From the NCBI RefSeq assembly GCF_009914755.1, contig NC_060929.1: 64,000 bases of DNA; one strand, given 5' to 3'. Below the pieces are notes generated by a model. The model saw only the letters and a list, made by a program, of their open reading frames with translations, made no database searches and was not told the origin of the DNA. Position numbers and translations under genes: made by a program. Shown piece by piece: positions 1-15,629 of this stretch. Within the stretch, counting starts at the first letter, position 1; each line of letters begins with the position of its first letter. The DNA comes from the human T2T-CHM13v2.0 reference genome, Homo sapiens.

Positions 1-278
1 AAAATTCTCTACTAACTCTTAAGAAAATTAACAAAGACATACCAAAGAATGGTGGTTGCTAGTATTGCTAGTATTTACACACACACACACAGTTAGTAGA
101 AATCCATTTAAATTACTTATAATAGTGATCCACGGAGTAAACACGATTAATCTGGAAATTATTGGTCTTCAGGGAAGTACTAACAGTTCAACAGTCGATT
201 ATTTCAAGAAGGTGGCTAAGAGAGCAGGGTGTACAAGAAAGGAAAAATGTATGGAAATATTCATAGAATAGAAATGAG

Positions 279-562
279 ACTGGGCGTGGTGGCTCATGCC
301 TGTAATCCCAGCACTTTGGGAGGCCGAGGTGGGCAGATCACCTGAGGTCAGGAGTTTGAGACCAACCTCGCCAATATGAAGAAGCCCCATCTCTACTAAA
401 AATACAAAAATTAGCCAGGCATGGTGGCAGATGCCTATAATCCCAGCTACTCAGGAGGCTGAGGCAGGAGAATCACTTGAACCTGGGTAGTGGAGGTTGC
501 AGTGAGCCGAGATTGTGCCATTCGACAAGAGCGAAACTCTGTCTCAAAAAAAAAAAAAAAAA
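279..562 (+). mobile_element. AluS with a short deletion in the right arm
   Basis: Alu dimer, A-tail, TSD agaaatgaga/agacatgaga; lacks the gcactccagcctggg segment near 522. Confidence 0.93.
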
Positions 563-1278
563 GACATGAGAATTTGGAAAGGCATTTAGAGATATAGTCT
601 AACCTCTTCCTCTATGAAGAAATCATTCTCCCAAATCCCTGACTGTAGGAACTTAGTCTAATTTATAAATCATAAGAATTCAATCTATTTTTCCACTAAA
701 ATTGTTCATGCGCTATCCTTGGTAGAAGAAGAAAGGACAGAAAGCCAGGGCTGAGTGCCAGGGCTCAGAGAATTGGACCCAACAGAAAGTGGGATGTAGG
801 CCTTCTTCTCAGACCGCGTGGAAAGGTAGCTGAATCCACTTCCTGGTTCCTTCTAAATGTGGGGAAGTGACCTGTGAATGGCAGCCCTGCATGGTAACAA
901 CAGAGGATTATAAGAACATTGAAGAATAATTCCTAAGAGCCTTCCCTCTAGGACAGAGTGACAGACTTCATAGTGATAGGCCACGCAGAGGGCACCCAGG
1001 CAAGTAAACAGTGACCCTAAGACATGCCGAAAGGTACTAGGTATGACTTTATGCTCATCTCATGTGCATGCTCTTTAAAAATAAAGGTCAAAACCCCTTT
1101 ATTTAAATTTAAATTCTTACAACCCATATTCTAGCAAGATTATACATACTGTTATTACAGGGCATTCCCTTTTCTCATTCATTTAGCAAATATTTATTGA
1201 GGTCTCTATGTGATGTAACGGTGCTGGCAAAACCAGGTCGAATGCAGAGTGTACTGCACAGTGAATGAATATAAATCA

Positions 1279-1521
<243 letters not shown>

Positions 1522-2895
1522 TTATACCCCCTCAAAGCCTTAGCAGCCCAGGTCTGATAAATCTTTGGTTGGTAAAATTACTGTAACTTGATCTGGTGGC
1601 TGGCTCCATGTTAGAGTTTACAGTGGAGTGAAGGACTGCACGCAGGTATTTATTTAGTACCAATTGTATGTAGACTAGTGCGCTATTAGGTTTGTATGCC
1701 TGGCAGGAAAGCTGAAGGAATACCAAGAATGGAAGAAACACAATCTCTGTCTCTCAAGCGTCTCAGTCCCAAAGTAGCATCCTTCCCACGTGATGCAGAT
1801 CATAATGAGGGCTCTCATTTGGGTCTGAGTTATTACAGTCATTACCGGTGCTCACTGACTGATTAGGGCCTACTGTTTTCTTGCCTTCAAGTTTGGGCAG
1901 GATCTGACCTGACACTTTGGGAGATGAGGAGGAAGATGCTACGAGGGGAGCAGACGAAAAGCCCGAGGAACAGCAGGTCTGGAGAAGGTTTCAAGTTCAT
2001 GACGGGCTCTGTTTAAGGATCATCCTTCTTACCTTCAAGGTTGATTTGGACTGACACAGAAATGACACTTCATCTGAGCTACGCACAATGAGGCAAGCAG
2101 GGTCTATTCCCCAGGTCCATGTCAAGATTTTGTACAGCAACAGCTAATTCCCTGCCCATCTGCAAACACAGCTGTGGGCTGGCTTTGTTGTCTGAAAGCC
2201 ACCATACAATAAGCTTGCTGGCTTTAAATATTCTCTCTCCAACCAATATATCAGCGCCAAGCTGCCAGGGGTGAGGGGGTGGGGAGGGAGGAGTTGATCT
2301 GGTCCTTATAAATGTTCATTATTTTCATTTTTATAAGCCATCTCTTGCTGTTATACCAGGGTCTCTGGGGGAACTTACAGAAGAAACATGGAAGAAAAGA
2401 GTACCAATTACAAATGTTCTGGTGTTCTATTTGATTTCAGAAACTCTCTTATGGCAAATAAATATAGCTAAAGGGACATGGAATACCAGGTCCTTAAGAA
2501 TCTGCAATTCACTTTTACTAACAGTCCTGAGTTCCTGGAATTCACCGTATAACTGTAATTCTTCTATGTGTGTAGATTCCCACTTCAACACAGATGGGAG
2601 GACAGACCTCAGAGGAATGACACGGACCTGTCCAGGAAGCTGGGCTTTGACTCTTTAGGGATGTCAGAAAGGCCACCTCCTTCAGTTCTCTAACTGGGCT
2701 ACCACCATGGGCTAGCTCAGGCACCGCAGGGAAGCCAGTTATGCACTTACATCATGCATCTAACTGCATATAAACTTGAGGTGGGGGTGGTAAAAAAAAC
2801 TATACAGACTAACATATTTTTAAGTCTCCTTCCAAGAATAATTCGAAATGGAGCCAAAGGAAAGGGTTTACTTTCCAGCATTGGACCTTATTGGA

Positions 2896-2935
2896 ATATA
2901 TATATATATATATATATATCTTTTTTTTTTTTTTT
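2896..2935. repeat. (TA)n plus poly-T
   Basis: Direct reading. Confidence 0.9.
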
Positions 2936-3359
2936 GCTAAGTCTTTTTTATATTTATAAGACAGCAGAAGAGAATGAAAAGCACTGTTTAAGCACTCCTC
3001 AGAATCATGACAAAGAATTTATGGAAGTGGGCAGCCCTGAGCTAATGGGGTGAAGTTGGTTATTAAAATAATGAAACCCTACCAGTATGTTCAACAGATT
3101 CTTACTCTAAAACTCTGGGTGTCTGTGCCACACAAGTGGTAAGTTTATCAGAAAGTGATTCTGATCCTTTGATCCTGAGTATATCAGAAAAGAACTGTTT
3201 ATCTGCATCAAAATTTTCAAATGGGCTTTCCTGCCACCTACCAGAACTTGTGGCAAAATTAAATAAATTGACAAGATGGACTGGTTAAAAGTCAACAGAC
3301 AATTGGAACCTGAGTACTCTGATGGTGGTATAGCTGCTACGAAGATCAGTCTGCTAATT

Positions 3360-4133
<774 letters not shown>

Positions 4134-4954
4134 TTATATTCTTTTTGTTTCAAAAGCTTAAAAACAATTTTAAATGTAGTATTTGTTCGTCATAGAAAAA
4201 TTAGATAAGCAAATAGAAAAAAATCATCTACAATCTCATCCCTCTACCCAGAGTGGGTCACAGCCAATGAATGCTCTGGGTTCTAATCACCAAGTTCTTT
4301 TATTGTTCTGTGTTTTAACGTAAAAACGAGATTGTATTCCACATACTCTTTTGTAAACCATGAACATCTTTCCATGATATACTTCTACATTTTATTTCTT
4401 TGAATTCCCTTCAATGAACTGAATTTCTTTTTGAGAGTTTGCTTGGTATCAGCTTGCCCAGTCTCCTATTGCTACACAGTGAGGTGGTTTCCATCATTTT
4501 GATACTAGAAAAGAATGCTTGGTGGCTAGGTTTGAAGCTAAATGTTTACACATATTCTTAACTATGTACTAAGAGAAAATTTCTAGATGTTAATATGCCT
4601 TTCCATAAAACTTTAAAGCTAGCTTTTTCACACTTGCCAGTTCTTTTATTTCACTTTTTGGGAAGAGGGTGGCAACTTAGGGTATAGTCCTGCACCGCTG
4701 GAAAATGACATTGCGGAGGTGCTTTTGTAGTCCTTCCAATATCAGAATTTGTTACCAGTGACTGGAACATAGGCACTCAGCCAGTACGGGCTGAATGAAT
4801 GCATATGTGTCAAATAGGAATAGGGAAGAAGGAGAAAGGTCTCCTAATGTATTAGTCAGGAATCCTGACAGATATTATTAGCAAAGGTTAAATAAAATAT
4901 TGAGCTATTTTTTCACCTCATTGATAGAAGTTTAGATTATATATAAAAATAACA

Positions 4955-5250
4955 GGCCAGGCATGATGGCTCATGCCTGTAATCCCAGTACTTCAGGAGG
5001 CTGAGGCAGAAAGATTGCTTAGCCTAAGAGTTTGAGACTAGCCTGGGCAACATAGTGAGACTCTGTTTCTAGCAAAAAAAAAAAATTTAAAAATTAGCCC
5101 GGCATGGTGGTACATGCCTGTAGTCCCAGCTACTTGGGAGGTGGAGGCAGGAGGATTGCTTGAGCCCAGGAGTTCAAGGGTACAGTGAGCTATGATCGTG
5201 CCACTGTACGTCACCCTGGGTGACAGAGTGAGACCCTGTCTTTATAAGAA
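4955..5250 (+). mobile_element. AluJ
   Basis: Alu dimer with AluJ-type ggattgcttgagcccaggag. Confidence 0.92.
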
Positions 5251-5377
5251 AGAAAAGAAAAAAGAAGAGGAGAGGGGAGGGGAGGGGAAGGAAGGGGAGG
5301 GAAAAAAAGGAAAGGAAAGGGAAGGGAAGGGAAGGAAAGGGAAGGAAAGAGAAGGAAAGGAAAAGAAAGACAAGAAA
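5246..5377 (+). repeat. Polypurine (GA-rich) low-complexity tract derived from the Alu tail
   Basis: About 125 nt of nearly pure A/G with GGAAG/GGGAA units. Confidence 0.9.
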
Positions 5378-6342
5378 ATAATAATCTTCAGGTTTTTCAC
5401 AGTGTCTTACGAGTGTTTTAACAGTAGGTGTGCCTACTATTTTCATTCTCTTACAACTATGGATATTAGAGGTGGGAGTAAGTGGTTTCAAGGTGTGGGA
5501 AGCTGGAATGACTACGATCTTCAGAGAGTGAGGTGGGGCAGGTCGGGGAGAGTGCAGGAGGAAAGCTCCTAGTCCTTCCAGGCAGGGTAGAGGTGAACAA
5601 CCAGAAGGTCAGCTGCCAGGTAAGCAAAGGTGCCAGGTGTGGTAGTAGCTGGGCCATCAGAACCACTGAGGCACCAAGAAGAGAAATCCAAGAGAGGGCA
5701 TGTCACGTGGCAGAAAGAAGAGAGACCTGGGAAGATGGGATTAGTTATAGCAAGGGACATGGATGGAAGGAGGCAGCTGTGATGTCCCTGTCGTTTGGAT
5801 CAGAAGCTGTGCAGAGATGAAAAGGGGATTAGTAGAGGTTTGACCTGGGAAGGCAGGGAGGGAGAGCTCCTGCCTGATTTTGCAGCCAGGTGAGAATTGC
5901 ATTTAGACATGAGCTAAGCTGGCTGAAACACAAAGCCAGAATGAAGATGTTACTTAATCATACAGATGATCTACTTTGGGTGCCGAACTGTGGAAATTTT
6001 GTTCAAAGTTTATTGTTGCTGCTGCTGTTTATTTGCACATGTGTTTTCATTCAGTCAACAAATGTTCACTGCGCAGGGATCTGCAAGGAGACCATCCTGA
6101 CCTTGCCCACATTGCTGTCCCCACACCCACCTCTCAGCTGAGGGCACTGGCAATGGTAAAGGCAGCTGTGCCAGGCGAGTAGAGCAACGAACACAATGCC
6201 AAGTGCAAGAGCACAGGGCTGGCTAGGAATAGCTCATGAGCTAAAATCCCCTGGTGAAGGTTACGGTCACTATAAAACACCAGCTGAGGGGACTTGACTG
6301 CCATGGTTGAAGCTGGGGACTATGGAATTGGTGAAAGGGCAG

Positions 6343-6808
6343 TGTTGTAAGCTGAACTATGTCCCTTCAAAATTCAGATGTTGAAATCCTAACCCCTGGC
6401 ATCTCAGGATGTGACCTTATCTAGCCATAAGGTCACTGCAGATATAACTGGTTAAGATGAGGTCATACTGGAGTAGAGTGGGCTCTCAATCCAATGACTG
6501 ATGTTCTTATAAAACGGATATTCAGATACAGAGGCAGATGCACACAGGGAGAACTCAGTGTGAAGATGAACGCAGAAACCGGGGTGACTCCTCTACAAGC
6601 CCAGGAATGCCAAAGATTGCCAGCAAACACCCAGAAGCTAGGGGAGAGGCCTAGATGACAGTCTTCCTCATATCTCTCAGAAGGAACCGCCCCTGCAACA
6701 CCTTGACCTCGGACTTCCAGCATCCATAACTGTGAAATGCTCAATTTCTGTTGCTTAAACCACCTGGTTTGTGATACTTTGTTACGGCAGCCCTGGAACA
6801 CAGGTACA
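6343..6808 (+). mobile_element. MLT1B/C-like MaLR solo LTR
   Basis: Characteristic gttaagatgaggtcatactggagtag, acaccttgacctcggacttccag and tttgttacggcagccc motifs. Confidence 0.85.
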
Positions 6809-7029
6809 AGTGGCTTCTGAGAGAGGGAGACAGGCTTATTTTCATGTTAAACTCTGGGGTGGCAGGAAGATCAGATGGGACATGTGAGTTTCAGCAGCTG
6901 AGAGCAGGGCATGCAGTCTGCATGTAGCGCCCAGAAATAGAGATCAATACACATAAGCTTCTCCCTGCTGAGAAGGAAAAGAAACTCATCTGAGTAAGGG
7001 CATCCCCTTTAATTATCAGACCTAGGGAT

Positions 7030-7688
<659 letters not shown>

Positions 7689-9291
7689 ATATAGCTACTT
7701 ATTTCAATAGTTTAACAGAAACATCAAAAACAGTGCCTTCATGCAGAGTAACTGGGGTAAACATGTAATATTTATGGGGTCTAAGGACTGCTGGGGCGTT
7801 CGCCATCCATTCTCCTGGGGATGAGCCCAGCCCAGCTTTCTGGTTGGGTGAGAAGGTGTCCCCAACTCTTGCCTCCTTCAGCATCCAGGGCTTGTCCTAG
7901 CTCCCTTGGTTTCAGAGTACTGTGGGACCTATGAGGCTTGAGGCTGCCTTTGCTTCTTTTAACTTCTTTTTATTTCAGTCTCTTCCTCTTTCAGCTACTC
8001 CGGGAGATATTTGGAGGCCAAGGGAAGAAGCTTTTCCTCCCAGATTTTCTAACTTCCATCTACTCTTCCCCTACATGATAGAGGAGTCTGATTATAGCTA
8101 TAGAGGTTAATTCTACCCTGGGAGCTGTGAGTATAAAATCCCAACAACTGTTTTCACCCACTCTGTTGGGGCGACTCCCTCCCTCCCATGCCCCTGAGCT
8201 ATTTCCAGCTAGAGCTACTGGGGGGGTGGGGGGGTAATTTGTTTAAAGTGATTTGCATAGAGTCCATAATTACCAGGCTAGCTGCCTTAGCAATATTTAG
8301 CAACCTTCAGCTTCTATAAACCGCCTTACCAAGACTGTTCTAAAACAGCTTGTATTCCTTATGAAGAGCAGAACATTACAAAAAAAATTAAACAAGGTTT
8401 TTGAACAGATGTAAACAAATTTTATGATATTGCAACAGCAAGAAGACACTGACTTGACCTGTTTACAGGTGGACAGCTTTGACCCTCCTAAACAAGGGAC
8501 ACAGAAAGTGCCCTTCAGATCCACGGGTCCACTGACTTCAGCCAGCCAGGGCCATGGGCTCTTTCTGAATCAGTGGTTCTCAAACCTGTTCATCCAGGAG
8601 CTGTTGCAAACCATAAAATGTTAATATGAACCGAAATAAGTCTACACACATTTTTCCACATCCAATAGGCAAATCTGAGAACCATTATTCTAATTCAAAT
8701 TCCCAAGTCCTCAATGTTTAAAAGTCTCACAGGTACTGTTGTTGACCCACTGTGACCAGCTTGCGAGGCTTTTCACGGGAGCAGGTAATTTCACCCCTGT
8801 GCTTCTAGGGTATCATTTCCAAGGTATGTGTGTTTACATGGCTGATAGGCCATATTTAAATCACTTCGATAAATACACATTGAGTGACTTGTATGCATCA
8901 GGTACTGCACACTCTAACACAGCTGTGAAGAGGACAGTTTCCTGCATATGGGCTGGGACACAGACATTTAATATCACCCATCTATAATCTATACTAGGCA
9001 ACACTTGTCCAATGTGGGGGATAGGGGGCATAAATATCACCTAGGTCTTGAAGAGATACCATAAACCCATGCACAATGTAAGTAAAGTAATTGTGAAATT
9101 TTAACGCAAGTACAAGAATTCTATCTCACTGGCATCAAGACTTGGTGGAGTGGGGTTCAGAAGAATTTATTGCAGGAGATCTGCTTCTTTCTAGAGAACA
9201 TTTCTTATTCATGTTTGAATTCTCAGGATCTAGCCCAGTGTGCTGATTGAATAAATGTTGAAATCCATAACCCCCAAAAGAAGTGACTGGG

Positions 9292-9592
9292 AGGCTGGGC
9301 ACGGTGGCTTATGCCTGTAATCCCAGCACTTTGGGAGGCCGAGGCGGGTGGATCACCTGAGGTCTGGAGTTCGAGACCAGCCTGGCCAACATAGTGAAAC
9401 CTCGTCTCTACTAAAAATACAAAAATTAGCTGGGTGAGGTGGCAGGTGCCTGTAATCCCAGCTACTTGGGAGGCTGAGGCAGGAGAATGCCTGAGCCTGG
9501 GAGGCGGAGGTTGCAATAACCCAAGATCACACTAATGAACTCTAGCCTGGGTGACAGAACGGAAAATAAATAAATAAATAAAAATAAAAAAA
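9292..9592 (+). mobile_element. AluS
   Basis: Alu dimer, TSD aagtgactggga. Confidence 0.94.
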
Positions 9593-9624
9593 GTGACTGG
9601 GATATACTGGTAGCAAAAATATCC

Positions 9625-10137
9625 CTTGAGTCTTCCCTCCTACTTATATCCCCACTCTTTGTCACATGATTTGGCAGTTCCTCACACCAAAAGTTAGGGT
9701 CTATTCCCCTCGCCTTGAATCTGGGCTGGCCAGTGATTTGTTTTGGTCAGTAGTGTGCGGTGGGAGTGATGGTGGGCCCGTTCTGATTCCTGGCCTCAGG
9801 GAGCCGTCATGTGTGCTTCTGTCCCTTCACTTGGAGTGTCACCACAGCCATCTAAAAAAGCCCAGGCAATGCTAGTGGAGGATGAGAGACTATGTGGAGG
9901 AGAGTTCAGCTGTCCCAACAGAGGCCATCTAGGCTGGCCAGATGTTCGCCAACAAGGAGCCCACCAAGGTCAGCAGAGCGACCTCCTGGCCCTCAGCTGA
10001 CCATAGAGGCCTGAGCCTAGTCAAGTTCCAAAGATCCGCCCAGCCAGCCTGCAGTCTTGCAAACAAAAATAAATGCTTGTGTTTTGAGCCACTGAGGATC
10101 GGGGTGTTTTTTTACACGACAATAAATTGTGAGACTA
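9625..10137 (+). mobile_element. Older MLT1 (F/G/H-like) MaLR LTR
   Basis: ccttgaatctgggctggcc and aataaatgcttgtgttttgagccactgag motifs. Confidence 0.7.
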
Positions 10138-11595
10138 TACTGGCACTGTCTGTTCGCTCCCAGCACCCTCGTTGGTTTAAATTATGGCAAATTATACTAA
10201 TTCACCCTTTATAGAGCTGGTTAATAACCCATGAATAATGGGAAAGTTTGAAAAGAGAAGTCTGGCAAACAGAACTGGTCCAGAAATTATTCCAATGGCT
10301 CACTGGAAGAACACAGGAACCTGCAGTTTTGTTCCCCTGAATTCTGCTGACTACCCAGGAAGCTTCAGAACATGGCAAGGGCCTTATAGGTTACTGTCAA
10401 GAATAAACGTGTAAAGAAAGTTAAAATCCACAGCAGCGGTTTCGACATCTTCGTGAATTAGGAGGTTAGGCAATACTAATTTTCACGCACGTGAAATTAA
10501 TTTGGACCCAAATGGAACCAAATGCAAGGTCAGCACGCTTTCCTCCATGCAGCACAACCACTGGCCTAAATGAAGGTGTGGTGATGGCAAACCCCGGGCT
10601 CTGTACTCTTCGTTTTTGTTTTGTAACTTAATCTAGCAGGACAACGCAGTTTTAAAAAATGGTGTCTCATACATGGGTCCATGACAGAAGTCGTGGCTAT
10701 GGTTAAGCTAAAAAAGAGATACTTGCAGCTGTTCAACAAGGGCCAAGAAATACTCCCAAGGCTTGTGCAATTTGGGTATCTAGAGCCAGGCTATGGGTGT
10801 GCATAGTATGGACAGTAACTCTTGTCCAGTGGATCTTCTAGACTTCAACTCTCTCAGTCCAACACAATTCCAAGTGTCTGCTCTATTGGCTCATTGCACA
10901 AGGTTTGCCTGGGTGGGAAGAGTTGCTGGGCACATTCTCTGGGGCCATCTTTCCCGCACAATCTCCACCAAGCATTCCCAGGGAAGTGTCTGAGTGGTCA
11001 GTGGTATCTAACCCAGCCTTGTCTGGGGAAATCCATTACCAAGCACAAAGTTCTCAAAGATGGGAGAATGCCTAGCTCAATAGTGGGGTCAAGAAAAAAA
11101 AAAGAAAAGAAATGTAAGGAAAAAGAATTCCTTAACTACAGTAAATCTAATGAAAAGGACCTAGTAGAAGGTTCTTTCCTTTATTGGGGCAAACCCAGTG
11201 AATGAGGGATGACACTACAAAAGCTTTTAGTGCTCTTTGACCTGAGCCTGTCTCAATCATCCTGCTGCGACCCATTAACTGATGCACAGAGGGGACACTG
11301 CGTTAGTGAAAGTGAGAAGCTACATCTGCAACTGATTTTTCAGAGCTGGCAATGTCCACATTTGAAATCCCTTCTAAGTGAAGAAGACCCTCCAGGGATT
11401 GGTAAATTATTAGTAAATAGTGAAAAGTATGAAGTGTCAAAGTTCATCCAGACTGGGGGAAAAAAGTCTAAGATAGAGAACATCACGTTGGGATGATTTT
11501 AGATGGCTATAGCAAAATATTCATTATAGCGCACAGGGCAAATTCTTGACTCCATTTTGTATCAAAGATAAGGAAAAATTAGACAGTGTTGTGCT

Positions 11596-11907
11596 GGCCA
11601 GGTGTGGTGGCTCATGCCTGTAATCCCAGCACTTTGGGAGGCTCAGGTAGGCAGATCGCTTGAACTCAGGAATTCAAGACCAGCCTGGGCAATATGGCAA
11701 AACCCTATCTCTACAAAAAAAAAATATAAAAATTAGCCAGATGTGGTGGCATGCATCTGTAGTCCCAGCTACTCAAGAGGCTGAGGTGGGAGAATTGATT
11801 GAGCCCACGAGTTCAAGGTTGCGGTTAGTTGTGATCACACCACTGCACTCCTGGCTGGGCAGCAGAGCAAGACTCTGTCTCAAAAACAAACAAACAAACA
11901 AACAAAC
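11596..11907 (+). mobile_element. AluJ
   Basis: Alu dimer, (CAAA)n tail. Confidence 0.92.
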
Positions 11908-14440
11908 TGAAGAAAAGTGCTGAAATGCAATTCATCCTTCAGAGACGGTTAAGAAATGACTCAATCCATGAGGCCTGTCCCAACCCCAAAAAGAAAGAAT
12001 CTCTTCCTGCTCTATGCTCTCACATGTTGAAAATAAATGCCTTTGAAAAATTAGAAGAACTTGCTAAAAGGAAATAAATTCATTAAGGTGATGGGAAACT
12101 AGCACTTAAAGAAATGTTGAAGGCAATTCAACTACTTTTGCCTGGACAAAAGAATAGAAAGAAATTAGTTTAAACCTAGATGTATCTGATTTATATTCCC
12201 ACTCTGTGAATTCAGCATGTTGAATTTATAATACAAAGCTTCCTGTACTTACTGTAGGCCCCACCCAGGAGCTGTACATGTAGGGAATATATGCTCATTT
12301 CAATATCAGCCCAAGCAAATATAATCAGGAAGACTGCTTGAAATCATACAATGGCTTTTCGAGTCAAATATACTTGGAGTATTTCCTTTTCTGTTTTATC
12401 TATGTCAGTGTTCCCCTGTCACACACATAGTTATCCAGGAGCTGACTGCTGAAGTAGAAATGTAAGTAGCTGTTTTCAGCATTACTAGGAAATGAAAATG
12501 GGTGTAAGCGTCAAATATAGGTGATGCATAGAGACTGCCATTGGAAGGTCAACGTTCAATGACATAGGAAAGTGGTGGGAAGAATGGCTGGGGGGTGGAG
12601 AGAGAGCAACATCCCATCATGGAGCTTGTGGCCACGATTATGGGAAACAAAATGGGCAGGATCTGGATATAGAAAAGCTTACAGGATTACTAAAAACAGA
12701 GGCAGAAAGGTGAACAAAGATGCCCGACGTAGCAGATGGCAAAGGCAAGAGAGCAGCTAAAGACTTAGGCAGAAAATGGTAAGGAGGCCAACACTCTAGA
12801 AAAGGGTACATCATTAAGATCTGATTTTCAGATGTTCAAAAGAAATTCATATGTGCTTTCGTAGCAACTGTGGAAAACATTTGTTTGGTGGATGGAAAAA
12901 TGTTGTGATTGCAAAAGTATAAAAACTAATAATGATTATTAAATATATATGAGATACAGAAAACCATTTTGGTTTAAATTTAAAATTTTATAATTCTATT
13001 TTAAAATTGAAAAACTAAAATGACATTGATTTTTATTTTAATGACCACATTTTCTTCTCGACAATTGCAATAACACGGGATGCTTAGCTTTTCTCTTCCA
13101 GAATTACTGACAACTGATAATTAGCTGTTTAGTCCCAAAGTTTCATCCAACCATGGCTAAATAGGGAATGTTGGATTATTTATAAGTCCAAGTAAAAAAA
13201 GAGCTAGTAACAAAGGGAACTCATTTGCTTATTTAAGGAAGCCCCTTATTTTACAAAATATATGGCTTTTTTTTTTCCCAAATACTGTACACGTATTCTT
13301 TGAAAATGGCTCAGGTCAAATGTAGCAGAAATTTACTTCAAATACAAGTACATGTGCAAATACTCAGTCCACAGTTAGCCTTCAGGGCATAAACTGAGGA
13401 AATGAGAGGCAGCTCCTCTTTACTCCATGCCCTGAAGCTCTGAGCACAAATTAAAGGATCAATATCAACGCTTTGGCTGAATGTCTGGTCCATCAGCAGA
13501 TGCGCTCTCTTCCACAATGTTCTTAGCACAAAATTTTATGTCACATTAAAAAGGAAAACCACAAAGGCCTTACCTTATTTACTTTCAGATTTGCAGTTAT
13601 GTGAGTAAGCATTAGCTGCCATGCAAACACACTGTAAACGGTCTGGATTAATCTTTTGGTTCCTTTATTCACCACTGACAGTCATGCGTCTTAAACAATC
13701 AGTAACAATTTTAAGGTACACAATGGGTTTATGAAGTGTCATTCACAGTGTTTTATGTAACTGGTTTCAGTAGAGGTACCACTCAATTTTTATGCCAGGT
13801 AAGCAAAGCTGTTTTAAAGCCACGATGGAAGTCATGCCCTGAAGGCTTTATCCCCACCAAGAAAGCAGCAGCAGAACTCCAGCCCTGAAGGAGAGCTGCT
13901 TTTCCAGGGTCTTGGTTAAACTGGAGGCCAGTCACTGTATGTATGATACAGCTTTCCTGTTGTTTCATGGAAAGAATGCTATCACAAGAGCATTTAGTCT
14001 TGTCTTTGAATAAAATAGAATAAGATCCTAGAACAAATTAATAAATAGAACAATCTGTCATTTGTTCTCACTGCTAATAAGCATTAATTCTAAATAAGTC
14101 ATTCTATTTTTATTCTTAAGATTTAATGACCCAGTACAATGACGCACACATATCTCTAACGAAAGCACCTGCTATTTTATTGACCTTACCAAATGTTATT
14201 CCTAGATGTAATCGCCTACTAATGAAATCACTGCTTTTCACTTTGGGAATCAGAGACACAAAACTACAGCTCCCCAGAAAAAACACATTATTGTCTTAAG
14301 CTAGGAGCACAAGCGCTTTCCTTCTATCCCCTGAAAATTTCATAAGAAACATTTGATAATTAGTGAAGAAACCACTTATCTCAATAAATACATTTAAATC
14401 AATGAAAAGGAATAAGAAATTGCCAAAGCTAGATTCGTCA

Positions 14441-14734
<294 letters not shown>

Positions 14735-15629
14735 TCATACCTCTAAGATGAAATTCAGCAGATCACGTTTCTATAGAAACACTAAGTAGCTTATAGGGTG
14801 CATCTCATGTAATTGGATAAAGGTGATTGGTTTTCATTTTCATCTACATCAGCTTCAGTTTGAGTTTCTTTTTGTGAAGGAGATACCTGACCACTGCAGT
14901 TAAAATAATAGCAAAACACCAACAAATATTTTATGCTAATATTGAAAAATAATTCTAAGAAGTTTTGGTTAAAAGTTGATTTTTTTAAAAAAACAAAAAT
15001 GTTAAATTTTGTTTGCAGGCTGAATTGACATAATGGCAAGAGACATTCTGAAAACGAGTCTAACAGTTTATATCAAGGGGATGGGTTCTTTTTTCTTTAA
15101 AGAAGGGGTGGTGTGTGTGTGTGTGTGTTCATGTGTGCACATGTAATCTTAAATACTGTGTATGTGTTATGTATTCTTCATAGCAGAGCTCTATGCTATG
15201 AAAAAAGGTACTGAAAGAATTTATTATATTCTTCATTCATGCATGTTGTTTACCTGATTCCTACTATATTTTAACCTGAAATACATTCCTGAGCTCTACA
15301 CAGACAAATATGAAAAGAACACCTTTAGACTAAAAAATAAATGTTTTTGGATAATGGTTGTGCAGGAAGATGCGGTTGTAAAATACCCTGACTACTTTAA
15401 CCATCCTCCAAGAGAGACGCTCTTAGGCACTGCAGGCCTTGGTGGGATGGTACTTCCAAACTAAATTTCCCACCCCGAAGACAAATCAGTAACAGCAGAC
15501 CAGTGGGAATGGATGTCCAGGTAGAGAGAGCTTTCTGACTAAAATGCCTCTAGAACATTGCATCTGTCATTAGGAACAGGAAACTAAGCAGAAGAGTCAG
15601 CTTTCTGTATAGTTATATATTTTTAGAAA

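Noticed and set aside
5174-5572. K/E/G-rich and F/P/L-rich ORFs
   Set aside because: Translations of the purine-rich simple repeat.
13566-13580. Strong-looking minus-strand donor AAG|GTAAGG in intron 2
   Set aside because: I could not find a convincing paired acceptor or reading frame; such sites are common.
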